Both the position numbers and the translations under genes were made by a program. DNA of 64,000 nt from assembly GCA_030390025.1 (NCBI GenBank), contig CM059432.1, forward strand, positions 62,622,001-62,686,000, written 5' to 3'. Under the pieces are notes generated by a model that saw only the letters and a list, made by a program, of their open reading frames with translations, had not been told where the DNA came from and did no database searches. Within the stretch, counting starts at the first letter, position 1, and each line of letters opens with the position of its first letter. Below, piece after piece: positions 35,320 through 48,247 of this stretch. Origin of the DNA: Squalus acanthias (taxonomy: Eukaryota).

Positions 35320-35826
35320 AGTGCACTCTTGGCCGGCCTCACATCTTCCACGCTCCATAAACTTAAGGTCATCCAATAGTCTGCTGCCTGTATCCTAACT
35401 GGTACCAAGTCCCGTTCGCCCATCACCCCTGTGCTCGCTGACCTACATTGGCTCCCGGTTAAGCAACACCTCGATTTTAAAATTCTCATCCTTGTTTTCA
35501 AATCCCTCCGTGATCTCGCCCCTCCCTATCTCTATAACCTCCTCCAGCCCTACAACTCTACGAGATATCTGTGCACCTCCAATTCTGGCCTCTTGCGCAT
35601 CCCCTATTTTAATTGCTCCACCATTGGTCGCCGTGCCTTAAGCTGCCGAGGCCCTAAGCTTTGGAATTCCCGCCCTAAACCTCTCCACCTCTCTTTCCTC
35701 CTTTAAGACGCTCCTTAAAACCTACCTCATCTACCCTAATATTTCCTTATGTAGCTTGGTGTCAAATTTTGTTTGATAATGCTCCTGTGAAGCGCCTTGG
35801 AATATATAAATGCAAATTGTTGTTGT
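35320..35826 (+). mobile_element. L2 LINE 3' end
   Basis: LADLHWLPVKQHLDFKILILVFKSL..LAPPYL; ends in ...ATAAATGCAAA(TTG)n. Confidence 0.85.
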
Positions 35827-36335
35827 TACTGTTGCTGTTAAAATAATGCTGATTGGAAAATCTGATGCAGCCTGTCTTTACCTGTAAGGACACATTTAAG
35901 GCACTTCTTAGGGCATTTCTCCTACAGCCTACCCCCTGCTCCTCTGGATAATGATCTCACTAAGAGTGGTCCAAACAGCAGCAGAGGAGCATTATAATGA
36001 AGCACAAGATTGATCATCAAGAGGGCCATTGGGGTCTTACAGGCACACTTGCTCTCTAGGCTCTGCCACATGGGCCATATCAGTTTCCTTCCTTTGGGAA
36101 AATATATTTAAAATTTGGTCTCCCCTGTTGGTTCATCCAATGTTAGTTTCCATGTGGGAAATCAGGAGGACATTAGGTTTTTCACTTCATTCTTGTTCTC
36201 ATTGTGTAATATTTGAAAACCGTCACCAGTAAAATGTAACTGGAAAACTATTTCAATTTGTGATCTGAAATGAAATAGATGTTTTAAATGATAATCTATG
36301 TGAAGTGTCCTAGGTCTGATTATCTTCTCCATTAG

Positions 36336-36507
36336 GTACACTGGAGCTTTATATGGCAGGATAATTGGTCTGATCATGGTGTCGATTTTTGGTGTCCAAA
36401 CTGACAAGTATGGAGCCTGGACAGATCCTGGCCTTTTTGCAGTAATTGGAGCTGCCTCATATTTCTGTGGTGTTTCAAGACTGACAATCTCCCTCACTGC
36501 CATCATG
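36336..36507 (+). CDS. CLC gene exon I (YTGALYGRIIG...DPGLFAVIGAASYFCGVSRLTISLTAIM)
   Basis: attAG acceptor and GTAAGA donor; phase 2/0; canonical CLC helix N-P motifs. Confidence 0.95.
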
Positions 36508-37569
36508 GTAAGAAATGTTCATCAAAAAGTATCTTTAAATACAGTGTTTCCAAATGATTGCTTTGTTTTTGACCATTACACTGCTAGTCAGGTGTAGATA
36601 CCTTAGACAACACCAACTACATACTTGTTTAGGACTGGCTCAGATTTCCCTCTATTTCTGCCTCTGATCTCTCTCGGATAGTCTTGTTCTTGTGCCCTGC
36701 TCCTATTCATGTTCTTCCTTATCTGATGGCCAAAGGTTCTTGATTTACTGCTGACTTTCAACCTGCTTCCTTGAAAAGTCATTGTAGCTTCTTTGCTCAC
36801 TGGAGAATAGACCAGTTTCACAAAATACAGAATGCTGGGACTGCCCCACCCCAAAGCTATTCCCTGATTCTCTCTCGTAAAATGGAGAGTGGGAAAGTTA
36901 AGTGACAAGAAGTCAACAGTTGCGAGGGATGAGTAGATGGGGACAGAGAAGTGAGATTTGGAGAGGGACATTGCACCAGGTGCATGGAGGCAAAAGAAAA
37001 CAATGTATTTTTCAGATATTCAAGTCTCCCTTGGCCACCTGTGAGCAGGTGGACTGGCAACCTGTTGCCAACCTCTGACAACGTTGCTTTTCGGCCAACT
37101 GATAGGAAGTGCATGAGAGCACTCTAGTAACAACTTGCCTTTTAATTCAACTGAGTTGGCTGTTGCTTGACATGTTCCTACAGCAATGTGGATGAGGTGG
37201 GCAACTCAGCAGATTGGCAGAGTTTAAGCATAAAACCATGTCTCACCGTTCTGTGGCATTGCACGTTGATGCTCTGACATGCTACATTGCAGCACTAGTC
37301 AAGGTGAAAACAATATTTGGGATACAATTGTTTTTCCCTATTAATTACATTCCATGATCCAAATTCCGCCTCCTGATTTTGTGCCACCATAAGCCTGAAA
37401 TATTGTTATGTTTGAAAACTGGAGTTTAATTTATTTGTAAATATTAAAAATGGATAATGTTATCCAGTTTCTTTTTATTGGTACGGGTATGTAACCCTGC
37501 AATAATGGTATACATCTTCTACCCTCCAGTGATGGCTTACACTTTCTGTTTCTCTCATTCTTGTCAGAA

Positions 37570-37805
37570 AGCACTTCGTCACACAAAGGGTAGTGGAAAT
37601 CTGGAACTCTCTCCCCCCAAAAGGCTGTTGAGGCGAAGTCAATTGAAAATGTCAAAACTGAGATTGATAGATTTATGCATGGGTATTAAGGGTTACGGAA
37701 CCAAGGCGGGTAGATGGAGTCAAGATACAGATCAGTCATGATCTAATTGAATGGCAGAACAGGCTCGAGGGGCTGAATGGCCTACTCTTGTCCCTATGTT
37801 ACTTT
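37570..37805 (+). mobile_element. CR1 LINE 3' end fragment
   Basis: CR1 3' UTR GGCTCGAGGGGCTGAATGGCCTACTC. Confidence 0.75.
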
Positions 37806-39648
37806 GTTCCCTTGTGAACCTCCCCAAACTATACAACCCTCACAGTTGTAGCAACCTGCTTCCTATCCATGTTGCTCTCAGCTAACTGCTAAAGTCAGGA
37901 ATGTTTGGTTGAGGCACCCTATCCTCTAAGAGACATTTGACCTCTGGTCACTGCTTCCCTGTGCAGTTTGGCAGAGAATTGGAACTCAGATGACTGGGTG
38001 CTTGAAACCGCAACCCTCCAGAGAGCACCTCAATAGAGAAACCTAGAAAAAGGCATCTTGGACTGGCCTTGATCAACCTTCAAGTGCTAGAGATGGCAAT
38101 AGTCAGTACCATCTGAGAACTGCTGTGCACTCAGTGATGTTGATTTTTTCCTTCAAATTGACATCCATGCCAGTCTGAGCACTTTTTCCTGGGTTTATCT
38201 CTGTAGAATGAAGTGTTTTTAACCTGCGTCATTGAATCAGCTCCCTGTTGCCAGAGAAGACTTCAAATGGCTGCTTTGTAAGAGCAGGGAATCAACAAGG
38301 GAAATTACAATAGCTGTTAGGAGCAGGAGATTTTTATACCAGTTTTGATTTACATAGTACAATCCCATAAACAGGTACATATATATATATAAAGAGAATT
38401 GTTCTTTAAGCTGAAAATGATCCCGTCTATCATTTTTAAGGAAGTGAAGGTAGATTTAGGGGAACTGTGACTGAAATTTCTTGTAGTTCGTTAAACACCA
38501 GATATTTATAAATTAGCCAATTTGTCAAAATATTTTGAATTAAAAAGTACAGTTTTAATAAATATGGACCTGTTAGCTTGACGTCTACAATAAGAAAATA
38601 TTGCAGTTTATTATAAGTAAGGCAATTAAAGTACTTTAGAGAAAGGTAAAGGCAATGATTCCATGTCAAAATGAGTTTATGAAATGCAAGTCATGCCTAA
38701 CAAGGAGTGGTTTATTGAATGTTTTGATCCAGAAGTCATTTGTTAAGGTGTCTCTCAAAAGATTTCCAGCTAAACTGAAAGCTCTTGGGATACATAAGCA
38801 TGTTGTAAATTGGCTAAACAATAGGAAATGATCAATAATATTCATTCTAATTGGCCAATGACCAGTGGAGTAATATTTGATTAGATGACTTATAAACCAG
38901 CAACATTAAAATACATTGGAGCTAAGAATGGAGCGCAACTCTGTGTAACCTGAATAGAAACAAGACTGTGGAACTACCTAAAATTACTTGATATCTAATA
39001 GCTTCAATTGCTCACCCTACTTATAAAAATACTTAGGGCTGGATTTTCTCAGTGGTGTCAGGATGGTGGCGGGATAGCTGGTTGTCGGGTTCCGGTCCCG
39101 TTCCTGGCTGCAGCCACTCTGTCAAAGGGATTTTCCCTTGATTGGCCTTGTTAAGCCCGCCCTGCGGGCTTCCCAGCCAATTAACAGGAAGCGGTTTTGA
39201 TGATGTCATTTGATGACGCATCATCAGCTGGTTTCCTTAAAGGGACCATGGCCACATTGAATTTGACAGTTGTTCTGTCAGTGTTTGACAGCACTGAGAT
39301 GCTGCAAACACTGACCAGCACTGCACAAAGGTGGACAGTTGCACCCAGGCTCTCCAATGACTCCCTCCATATGCTTATGGAGGAAGTCACAGCACGCAGG
39401 GAGGTTCTCTTCCCTTCCAAGGGCGGAAGAGACCTGCTCGGGACACTAACGCAGCCTGGTTGCACATTGCACAGGAGGGCAAAAGCAGGGATGTCATCAG
39501 CAGTCCTTAGCTGCAGTAGTGCCAACCTTTCAATGATCTCAGTGGATCACGAAATGTTACTGCAAAGCCACACTCAAACTCACCCTGCTGTGCCACTCAA
39601 CACATCTTCATCACTCTGCCTTCCATACCCTTCTCCTGCACATTCTTA

Positions 39649-40696
39649 CATAAGAACATAAGAAATAGGAGCAGGAGTAGGCCATTTGGCCCCTCGAGCC
39701 TGCTCCGCCATTCAATAAGATCATGGCTGATCTTCTACCTCATCTCCATGATCCTTGTTACATGCACCTCTAATTTCCTGATTTATACTCTGCCCTGCAT
39801 TACAACTATTGTTTGGGGGCCTATAAACAACTCCCACCAATGTTTTCTGCCCCTTGCTGTTTCTTAGCTCCACCCAAACTGATTCTACTTCTTGCTTTTT
39901 GGAGCTAAGATCCTTTCTCTCTACTGTCTTTATCCCATCCTTTATTATCAGGGCTACCCCTCCTCGTTTTCTATTTTGCCTATCTCTTCTAAAAGTTAAG
40001 TATCCTGGAATATTTAGTTTCCAACCTTAGCCACTTTGCAACCACGTCTCCGTTATGGCTATTAGATCAAACCTGTTAATTTCTATCTGCGCTATTAATT
40101 TATCTATTTTGTTGTGAATGCTTCGCGCATTCAGATATAGTGCCTTTAGCTTTGACTTATTTCTATTTTTCCTTGATGTCACCTTTGTCACTGATGCCTT
40201 ATTACCTTTGTTACTCTCTCTCTCCCTTCCTGACCCACTCTGCTTATTATTACCCAAAACTCTACTCTGCTCTAGAGTCTTGACATCTCGCTGCTTTTAA
40301 ATTTACACTTTCCTGAATCCTCCCACCCCCTGTCTATTGCCCTAGTTATTCGGTTCACCAGGACACTGGTCCCAGCCCGGTTTAAGTGGAGCCCGTCCCA
40401 ACGGAACAGCTCCCTCTTTCCCCAGTATTGGTGCCAGTGCCCCTTGAACTGAAACCCCTTCCTCCCACACCACACTTTGAGCCACGCATTTAAACCTCTA
40501 ATCTGTTTGTCCCTATGCCAATTTGCGCGTGGCTCAGGTAACAATCCAGAGATTATTACCTTTGAGGTTCTGCTTTTTAATTTGGACCCTAGCTCCTCAA
40601 ACTCCCTCAGCAGAACCTCATTCCTAGTTCTACCTATGCCGTTGGTTCCTATGTGGACCACGACAACTGGATCCTCCCCCTCCCACTCCAAGTTCT
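39649..40696 (-). mobile_element. CR1 LINE with ORF1 SGNH esterase, endonuclease N-terminus and 3' tail, but no RT
   Basis: VVVHIGTN...DGLHLN (esterase) and YLNARSI..K...DLIAITETWL (APE endonuclease), then directly the CR1 3' UTR and (TTCTTATG)n tail. Confidence 0.85.
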
Positions 40697-41045
40697 TCTT
40701 AGTCACACCAACTTACCTTGCACCTCCACCCATTCCTCTCTATCTACATTATCACTTCCCCATCTCACTAGCCACCCCTCACACTCACCCTCATCCTACT
40801 GCAAGCATACCAACTAACAACACACAAGGGTAGGCACTTGAGAGGTTTAGCCAATGTCCATGTGAAGTTTCTGGTAATGTGTTGTCATACAGAGAAATCT
40901 ATTTTTCCAACACTGCCCCTTATTGGACAGATCTGAGCGCTCCTTGAGAAGTGTCTTACTGAGTTGAGTGAATGGTGAGACATAACTCCACCCCCCTGCT
41001 CCGCTATAGTGATGAGTGTGAAAGGAATGGCTTGGACATTAAAGG

Positions 41046-41236
41046 TGACGTAAGAAAACTACTAGGCACTTGGTCTAAGCGTTAAACAAAGCTTTAATCA
41101 ACTGTTTTACAACATGGAGGTCTAGTTGTGTCCTTCACTAGTTCCTGTTAAGAATGTCCTGTGCAAGCTGGCCGGTGCCCGAGTATTTATACTCTCCCTG
41201 GACAGCGCCACCCACAGGCCACTCAGTATTATTTCA
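41046..41236 (-). mobile_element. Solo LTR (191 bp) of a Gypsy family related to 25040-29480
   Basis: Minus strand reads TGAAAT...TATAAATA...AGTTGATTAAAGC...TTCTTACGTCA; same length class, same motif and nearly the same 3' terminus as the Gypsy LTR. Confidence 0.75.
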
Positions 41237-43020
41237 TAAGTCTTTCTTTCATGAATGACAGATTCATGTCAAAAGGTATGCTTCACGGTGCTGGTGTGGG
41301 ATGGTGTCAACCTGGTGCATCATGTGGCAGCCAGGGTTAACAGCGTCAAGTGAAGAAAATCTGGCCATGGTGATGCCATCGCTGGCCTCCCGGGCAGCAA
41401 TGTTTTCAGGGGCTTGATGCCCTGTGTCCAGTGCAGCATCAGGTGATGGCAGAGAAGGTTGGTGGTGTTGCTGGTGTGCCTGGTGATGTTGGTGTTGGGG
41501 CTGAGCGTGGAAGGAATCAGAGGAGCAAGGTGAGATAGTTTCTCGGGCACTGATGTTGCTGCAATAGATGTCAGCTGCAGATGAGATGACAGAAGCGAAC
41601 TGTCAATGGTGAGAGAGGTTGTTCCAATGAGGTGGCACTGGATATACAGTTGGCTCTAAAGACTTGTTAGCTAAAGAAATCTCATATGTCTTACAAATGC
41701 AGTAACCAACGGTTTCTGCGCTCTGAAACTGACCATCTGCAACATGGTATCCTTTACACCACTTCTGCAGCTGTCAGCTTATCAGAAACATCAGAGTAGA
41801 CTCCACTCATGCCAAGGTGAGCTGGCGTGTTCCCCGAGCAGCGGGTAACCCGTGGGGGGCCACGTAAAATTGGAAGGAAGCCTCAAAATACCATTAAATT
41901 GGCTGTTAACAAGCCATTTAATGAGCTCAATTGTCTCCCTGCCGCTTGGTGTCAGGTCAGTTCTCCGCTGACAGACCCGACACCTGGGAGACTCGCGTGG
42001 AGGCAGGTTGACAGCGGGTTTCCTACTCGCTGTCAATCTTTGCTATTTGGACAGCGGACCCGCCTCCAAACCCGCACTCTGAGCACCGGCAAAATCCAGC
42101 CCATAGAGACAGTGAAAAGGTTTCAGGGAAGTTTAAGAAAGGTGATTTTATATCGTTGATCTAAAGAGAGGAATCATAAATTTACTTATTTTCATTTGAA
42201 AAAACACATTTTAGCCTTAGGTTAACTTGGGTTGCTAAAAGTGTCTGGTCTATTCCCAGTCTATGGGCTAAAGTTTGGGTTTTCCCTCCCATGCAGTGGG
42301 CCAGCTAAAGAGAGAAGCACTAATCCTCTAAATCAGCTGTAAACTGCAACTAAGAGGCAATTAAACACCTGAAATAGCAACGGAAAGGCAAAGCCAAAGC
42401 CAGCTGTTTACTTAGTAAAATTGCTTTAAAATTGGGCATTACAGAGTGATGGAAAGCCAATATTGAAGGCAGGTGCTCCAAGCACTACAGCTAGAATTAA
42501 TTTTCATAACATTTTCACCCTCTAATTCTGCAATAGCTTTGCTGGTCATTGAATTGAATAGTTAGGTGGAGCGGTGGGTGGGCACTTAAAATTGCCCATG
42601 AGACTTACCTGCCGAGATCTCGCTCCCTTCCACAGGTTCCTATTTTAACCTGCTTTTCTGACTTCTTTAAATATGCAGATTGGCTCCGATGACATAATCG
42701 GGCCTGATTGCTATTTTAATCCGAGTCAATGGAAAGTGAAATTGGGCAGGGTGTAAAGTGGGTAGTCGCTATGATCGAGTCAGCTTCCCTCCTGCCGAGT
42801 TAAGTTAAAATGACCCCTTAGGTGTCTGTCCGCAGTGAGGGGAGGGCACAGGCCGGTGAGGGGAGAAATGGTTCTCGGTGTGGCAGTGCTGGTTTGTAAG
42901 TTTCTAATAGATCTCTGCAAACATTGAATTCAGTGTATTGTAGTTGGTTCCTGGATGTGCTTTTATCTCTCTATCTATCTTTCTGTTTCTTTGGCTGGAA
43001 TATTTAGCTGCTGATGCACT

Positions 43021-44742
43021 GGGGTGGGGTGGGGTGGGGTGGGGGGGGGTGGGGAGGTCCGGTAGCGCGACAAACATGGGTCAATTACAGCTTAACTATT
43101 TAAAGGGACCCTGTGAAGGTGAAAGTTGAAGGATTGTTCAGTGGAGGAACAGAGGAAGCAACTGCATTAATGGAGTCCCAACGTGGCGAGGCTGCTCCTC
43201 GTTTAAATGAGGCCTCCCTAGAGCGGATGCTGCATTCTGTAAGGGCCCGCAGGAAGATTCTCTTCCCAAGCCGACTCCAGCACATCACTCCTCATACGTA
43301 CTTAACTTGCAGATGCACCCATTCCTATCTGCCAGGCACCAAAAGCGCATCTTCAGCATTCCGATTGCTTGCTCGATGACAGTTCTCATGGTCATGTGGC
43401 TTTGATTGTATCTCTCCTGGGCCTCATTGTTTGGGCTCCTAACGGGTGTCATCAGTCACGCTTTTGGGGGAAGCCGTTGACTCGAAGGAGCCAACCGCTA
43501 ACTCTGCTTCGAGGTCCGAAGAGCTCTGGGAGGGTGGACTGGTGCAGGATGAAAGAATCATGGGAGCTGCCTGGTAATCTTGCACGCACCTGTATGATGA
43601 TCTTTTTGTGTTGCATATGAGCTGAACATTGATGGGGTGGAAGCCCTTGCGGTTGATTAAGACTCCAGGGTGATCTGGGGGCGCCTTGATTGCCACGTGT
43701 GTACAATTGATGACTCTCTGGACTTGAGGGAACCCAGCCAGAGTCGCAAAGCCGAGCGCCCGCTCATTCTGACTGGCTTCATCGATTGCAAAGTGCACAT
43801 AATTGCCGGCCCTGGCAAACATGACATTGGTCACCTAAGTGATGCATTTGTGGGCAGCAGATTGTGAAATTCTGCAGATATCTCCTGCAGATCCCTGGAA
43901 GGAGCCAGAGGCAAAGAAATTGAGGGTGCTGGTGACATTGACAGCCACTGGCAAACTGTGCCCACCAGGTCCACTTGGCAGGAGGTCTTCTTCCAGGAGG
44001 CTGCAAATGTCTGCGACCACCTGATGTGATACCCTGAGCCCCCTGAGACACTGGTGTTCTGACATGTCCAGGAAGCGGATCCTCTGCCTATATACCTTGT
44101 ATTGGGGGTATCGCCTCTAGTGAGCTGCACCCCTGCACATCCTCTCTCACCTGTGGAGCGGCAGGTCGGTGAGGAGAAGGCTGCTGCTTCTCCTTCTCAT
44201 CTTGGTCCTCATCTGAGATCCAAGGTAAAGCTGCATAAGCGGCACCCATGCTGAACTGATGCTCGACAGATGGAAAGTGTAGATCAGACTCTCAAAAATC
44301 CAAGGTAGCAGAAATAACCTGTAAAGTACTGAAAGCACATGAGAGGAACAAGCCCTCTGAGCAAAGGCCTTTCACTTCGGCAAGGAAGCAGGTGTGAAGT
44401 CTGAGTACTTATATGATTGTTTGCCTGTGATTTGGTCAGCCCCCTCAATTTGCACTGTCAGCTTGCCTTGCTTTCACTGGCGAGCTCCAGGAAACTGGGG
44501 AAACCTGTGCATTCAGAGATAAAGCTCAAATCTGCAGTTAAAACAGCTCCTAATTGCCTCTTAACATCTTTTAATTGCCAACCCGTCTCTCCCATGGGGG
44601 TTTCTCGCATGCAGCTGAATGCGCTCCAGTTAAATGCGGAAGTCGTCAGGTTGGAGCTGGCTTCCGACGCGCTGTCAATTTCAGCGCATTTAACCACCCA
44701 CCCACTCTCAAACCCACTCACTCTTTGCTGTTAAAATTCCCC
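43021..44742. mobile_element. PIF/Harbinger element: Myb/SANT ORF start (+, ~43170-43270) converging on a transposase (-)
   Basis: AAPRLNEASLERMLHSVRARRKILFPS plus HARBI1-like ORFs; TIR-like end AAAATTCCCC. Left boundary approximate. Confidence 0.75.
43435..44249 (-). pseudogene. Harbinger (HARBI1-like) DDE transposase pseudogene
   Basis: [77 protein letters not shown]; several frameshifts, and the catalytic D of IDCTH is changed to N. Confidence 0.88.
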
Positions 44743-44859
44743 TCTTTGCCTCTCTTTCTCTTTGCCTGAGAAGTTTTCAAACCAATTAAAAAAGAGCTCA
44801 AAATAGGATGAGGAAAGATTCTCTGGAGTAAATGTTCATCTTCATCGCCTCGTAATCTG

Positions 44860-44960
44860 GTGGAGCAGATTGCCCATCTGTTATAGAAGCTGCCTGATTT
44901 TCATTCCATTGAATTCATCTGAATGAAAATTAGGCAGGTTCTACAATGGGCAAGCGATCA
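44860..44960. repeat. Palindromic MITE-like hairpin
   Basis: TAGAAGCTGCCTGATTTTCATTC / GAATGAAAATTAGGCAGGTTCTA inverted arms. Confidence 0.6.
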
Positions 44961-47900
44961 CTGTCTCTTTCTCCCTGCCTTGCTCTCTGTCTCTCTGAGC
45001 ATATGTTGATAGAATGTTTGATTATAATTTGAACACAAACAAAAGTGACAAGTATAGAATTATCATAGCTTGTCATATTTGAAATTGATCTCTGTCTTCC
45101 CTCTCACAGACAATCTCAATATAAACTTTACCTGAATAAGGTGTTGCCGATCTTTGCGCAGGTTTCCGACCCCACACACTGACATTACACTGTTGCACTG
45201 TCCCTGCTGGCAGACAGTAGCAGAAGACTTTCCTTATTGACTCAGAAACCCCCATATAATTGGTTCATTAAATTGGAACATTACTGAAGTTTGCCCATTG
45301 ATGTGTTCAGCCTCACCACTAGGTGTCAGGATTTCCAAAGTTTTAAGATTTTGGCACACTGTTTTAAGAAGATCTGAATATGTTTCTGACAGTGAAATTA
45401 TCATGCACCGAATAAGTTGGGAGCATGAAATAATAACTATGTAGCAATGGTATTTATATTACTAACAATAACAATATTAGCTTCTCTCCAACTTTTGAAA
45501 GCTATGTCACGTTTGCAACAGCTGTGGAAGATCATTGCAAATATGTAGCTGTAGCTGCAGCTTCTCACAACCGTCCTGTATTAAGGGGGTACAGTCTAGT
45601 GTACAGTGACATTTTAAAATAGAGGAAGCAGTATTGTCATGATTGACAATGTAATGACATTACCGTGTCACTCATTGGCAAAAATTCTAATCCTATTTTT
45701 AATATCTGCAGCAGATGCTGATTTTTCAAATGACCACTTCATGGCATGTAAGCTGAGTTGTTAGACTCGGTTGGTCCAGGAACTGAACTTTTCTGAGAAC
45801 TTTCATTATGATTATTACATTTTTCCAACATACAAGTTAGAAGCTGACATTGGTTTTAAGTTTTCAGAGGAGATGCAATTTCAGGAAGCTGATGGGTCCT
45901 TCACTCATGGTTCTGACCCAGGGCTCTGACTCGAATTAGATTAACACACAGGTGAACAGTGAAGGTCAGCAGTGTTAGTCCAGAAACTAAACATTCCTCA
46001 AATTGACTTCCCCTATGAAAAAAGGCACTAGAGTTAAAAAAAAAACAGATTCCATTAATTGCTGCCTACTAGTAAGATATAATGAAAGGGCAGGAAGGAG
46101 CTTCCAGCAGCTGGTTTGCATGTTCATCTATTACTAGGATCTTCCATGAATCCAAATACTGTACAGTAAAGAGAAAAATAAATCCAAATACTTTTTCAGT
46201 GTAAATATGAAAATGCAATAATTTGATACTTTGTAAAATGCCACTAATTGTCATTAAGGCAACCTAAACCTCAGTGAATATTTTGTGCACTGAAGTGAAG
46301 GATCTATCAAACTGTATTGTCTCAAGTGAGGTAGGCCCGGTAAGAATCAGCATGGCTTCTTACAGTGATAGCATTAATATTTCAACTGTACTGATTAAAG
46401 AAACAAAGCCAGATCAAAAGCCAGGCAACTTCCTTTTACAGTAAACCAAAAAGTAAATATTAATTGAGCCTTGTTTAGGCATTTCACTTGCCAAAATCCT
46501 TAGTATAATCATTCCAAACAACTGCAGATTTTTTGAGAGATTTGATACTGTTCTTTGTTCAAAGAAACCCACACACCAAAAACTACTACAACTTTTAGGT
46601 TATATTTCATGCATTAACCTAAAACTTTTGAAATACTAAAGGATATTGAGCAGTTCCGCTAAAGTTGTACACTTTTTGAACCAGAAACCAGAATAAGCAT
46701 CATGTAATGAGAAGTGAATGAAATAAATTCAAGGACTAAGCCACCCTTGGGCAGGAACCTATTACTAGGATTAACTGGGATATCCTGTATAATTATATTG
46801 TTAATAAATATACACAAATAATGTCCAGTCGAATACCATTTTGAATTTCAGTACATAAGTTAACTCTTTAAAAAAAAAAGGGGAACTATGAAAAATTTCA
46901 GTTTCTGATAAATATCAGTTTATAAACTTATTTAAAAAATAATATTTTCAACAAAGGAGTCTTATACAGCCAAACATCTTTTGTATCCCGCTGGTTAGAA
47001 CATCCTGCTACAATCTAAGCAAATCCAGAACTGATCCACTAAAGTGTAGTGCCTAATGCCATAGTCAAGAAAATTTTGGTTATTCTGATTGGGGGAGGGA
47101 TGGCTTATGTGTGAACACTGCAGATGAGAACATATTACTGATATTTCATTCAAAATGATTAATCAGTAGATCTTAGTCAATTCATGCCTGTTCTTTAAAG
47201 AAATAATTGAGGCACGTTTTCAAACAATTTTTTGACTTTTTTACTTTCTCGTAGTTTGAGAAATGGAAATTAAATGCACAATAGGGGTAATTTTATGAAT
47301 TTGTGCCTTTCTCTAGGGTTCCACTGGTCTCTGCCAAAGTTACGACAGGAGATCGGGAGAACCTATGTGAAAAATCGAGGCTGCTGTGGCGTGAATTTTA
47401 CTCAGTCTGAAGAGATAACATATTGCTCTCTTCTAATGCAAGATAAATTAAAAAGAAAACTTACTGTAATACAATATAGACAAAAAGGACTCAATTTAAA
47501 CCCAGAGTATGGCTTGTGTTGAGATATAAGCACTGGTTTTATGAGGCTTCAATAGTGGCTTGGAGCCTTGCAGGTGTCAGGAGCGATTTGTGAAATCGGG
47601 TGCCTGCCTCGCATGCCTGATTTGTAGCAGGGTAAATTTGAGGTGTGTGATTTTTGAGATCAAAGGAGCAAGCAGAACCCTAATTTAAATGCAAAAATTA
47701 TTGAAATAATGTTGAGTTTCATGAGCTTGCGCAAAGTTCCAACCCCCAGAATGCAGCTCACCCATATAAAATGGGAGCGTGACAGCTCAATGGACTTTAC
47801 CTGGCTTAGCCTAAACATTAAAGAAAGTTTTTTTTTCTTACAGTTGGTTGTGAATAGTAATTTTTTGCTGCAAGCATTTAGCTGCTATTATAATTAACAA

Positions 47901-48247
47901 CTTACATAAGATTTTTGTCCTATGTATGTCTGCATTTTTGCTAAAGTCCACAGTTTGCTAGGCAGCACTTTTCTATAGTCAGTTGTAGCTAGATGTTAAC
48001 TATGTTGGAAAGATTGGGTCCTTTTGGATGGTCCCTTTGGATGTTCCCATGGTGCTGCATGAATTTCACAAGGAGGATGATTTCATAAGGGTACAAAAGG
48101 ACTGATTCTGTGCCCTGATGTTGCCAGTGGAGAGCAGCATTTTCAGGAAATGCATTGTGGGAAATGGCAGAGGCAGTGACTGAGCTATGCTGTCTGTTGC
48201 CGGTTAACTTACAGACAACTTCAAGGAGTCATAGTCAAAGAGTCAAA

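Larger units (their letters stand above)
39036..42102 (+). mobile_element. PIF/Harbinger element with perfect 12-bp TIRs, hosting a nested CR1 and a solo LTR
   Basis: GGGCTGGATTTT / AAAATCCAGCCC flanked by TTA / ATA; Myb/SANT-like start APRLSNDSLHMLMEEVTARREVLFPS. Confidence 0.85.

Noticed and set aside
43435..44249. Possible domesticated HARBI1 gene
   Set aside because: Multiple frameshifts, a mutated catalytic Asp, a location within a TIR element and many related fragments in the window show it is a transposon relic.
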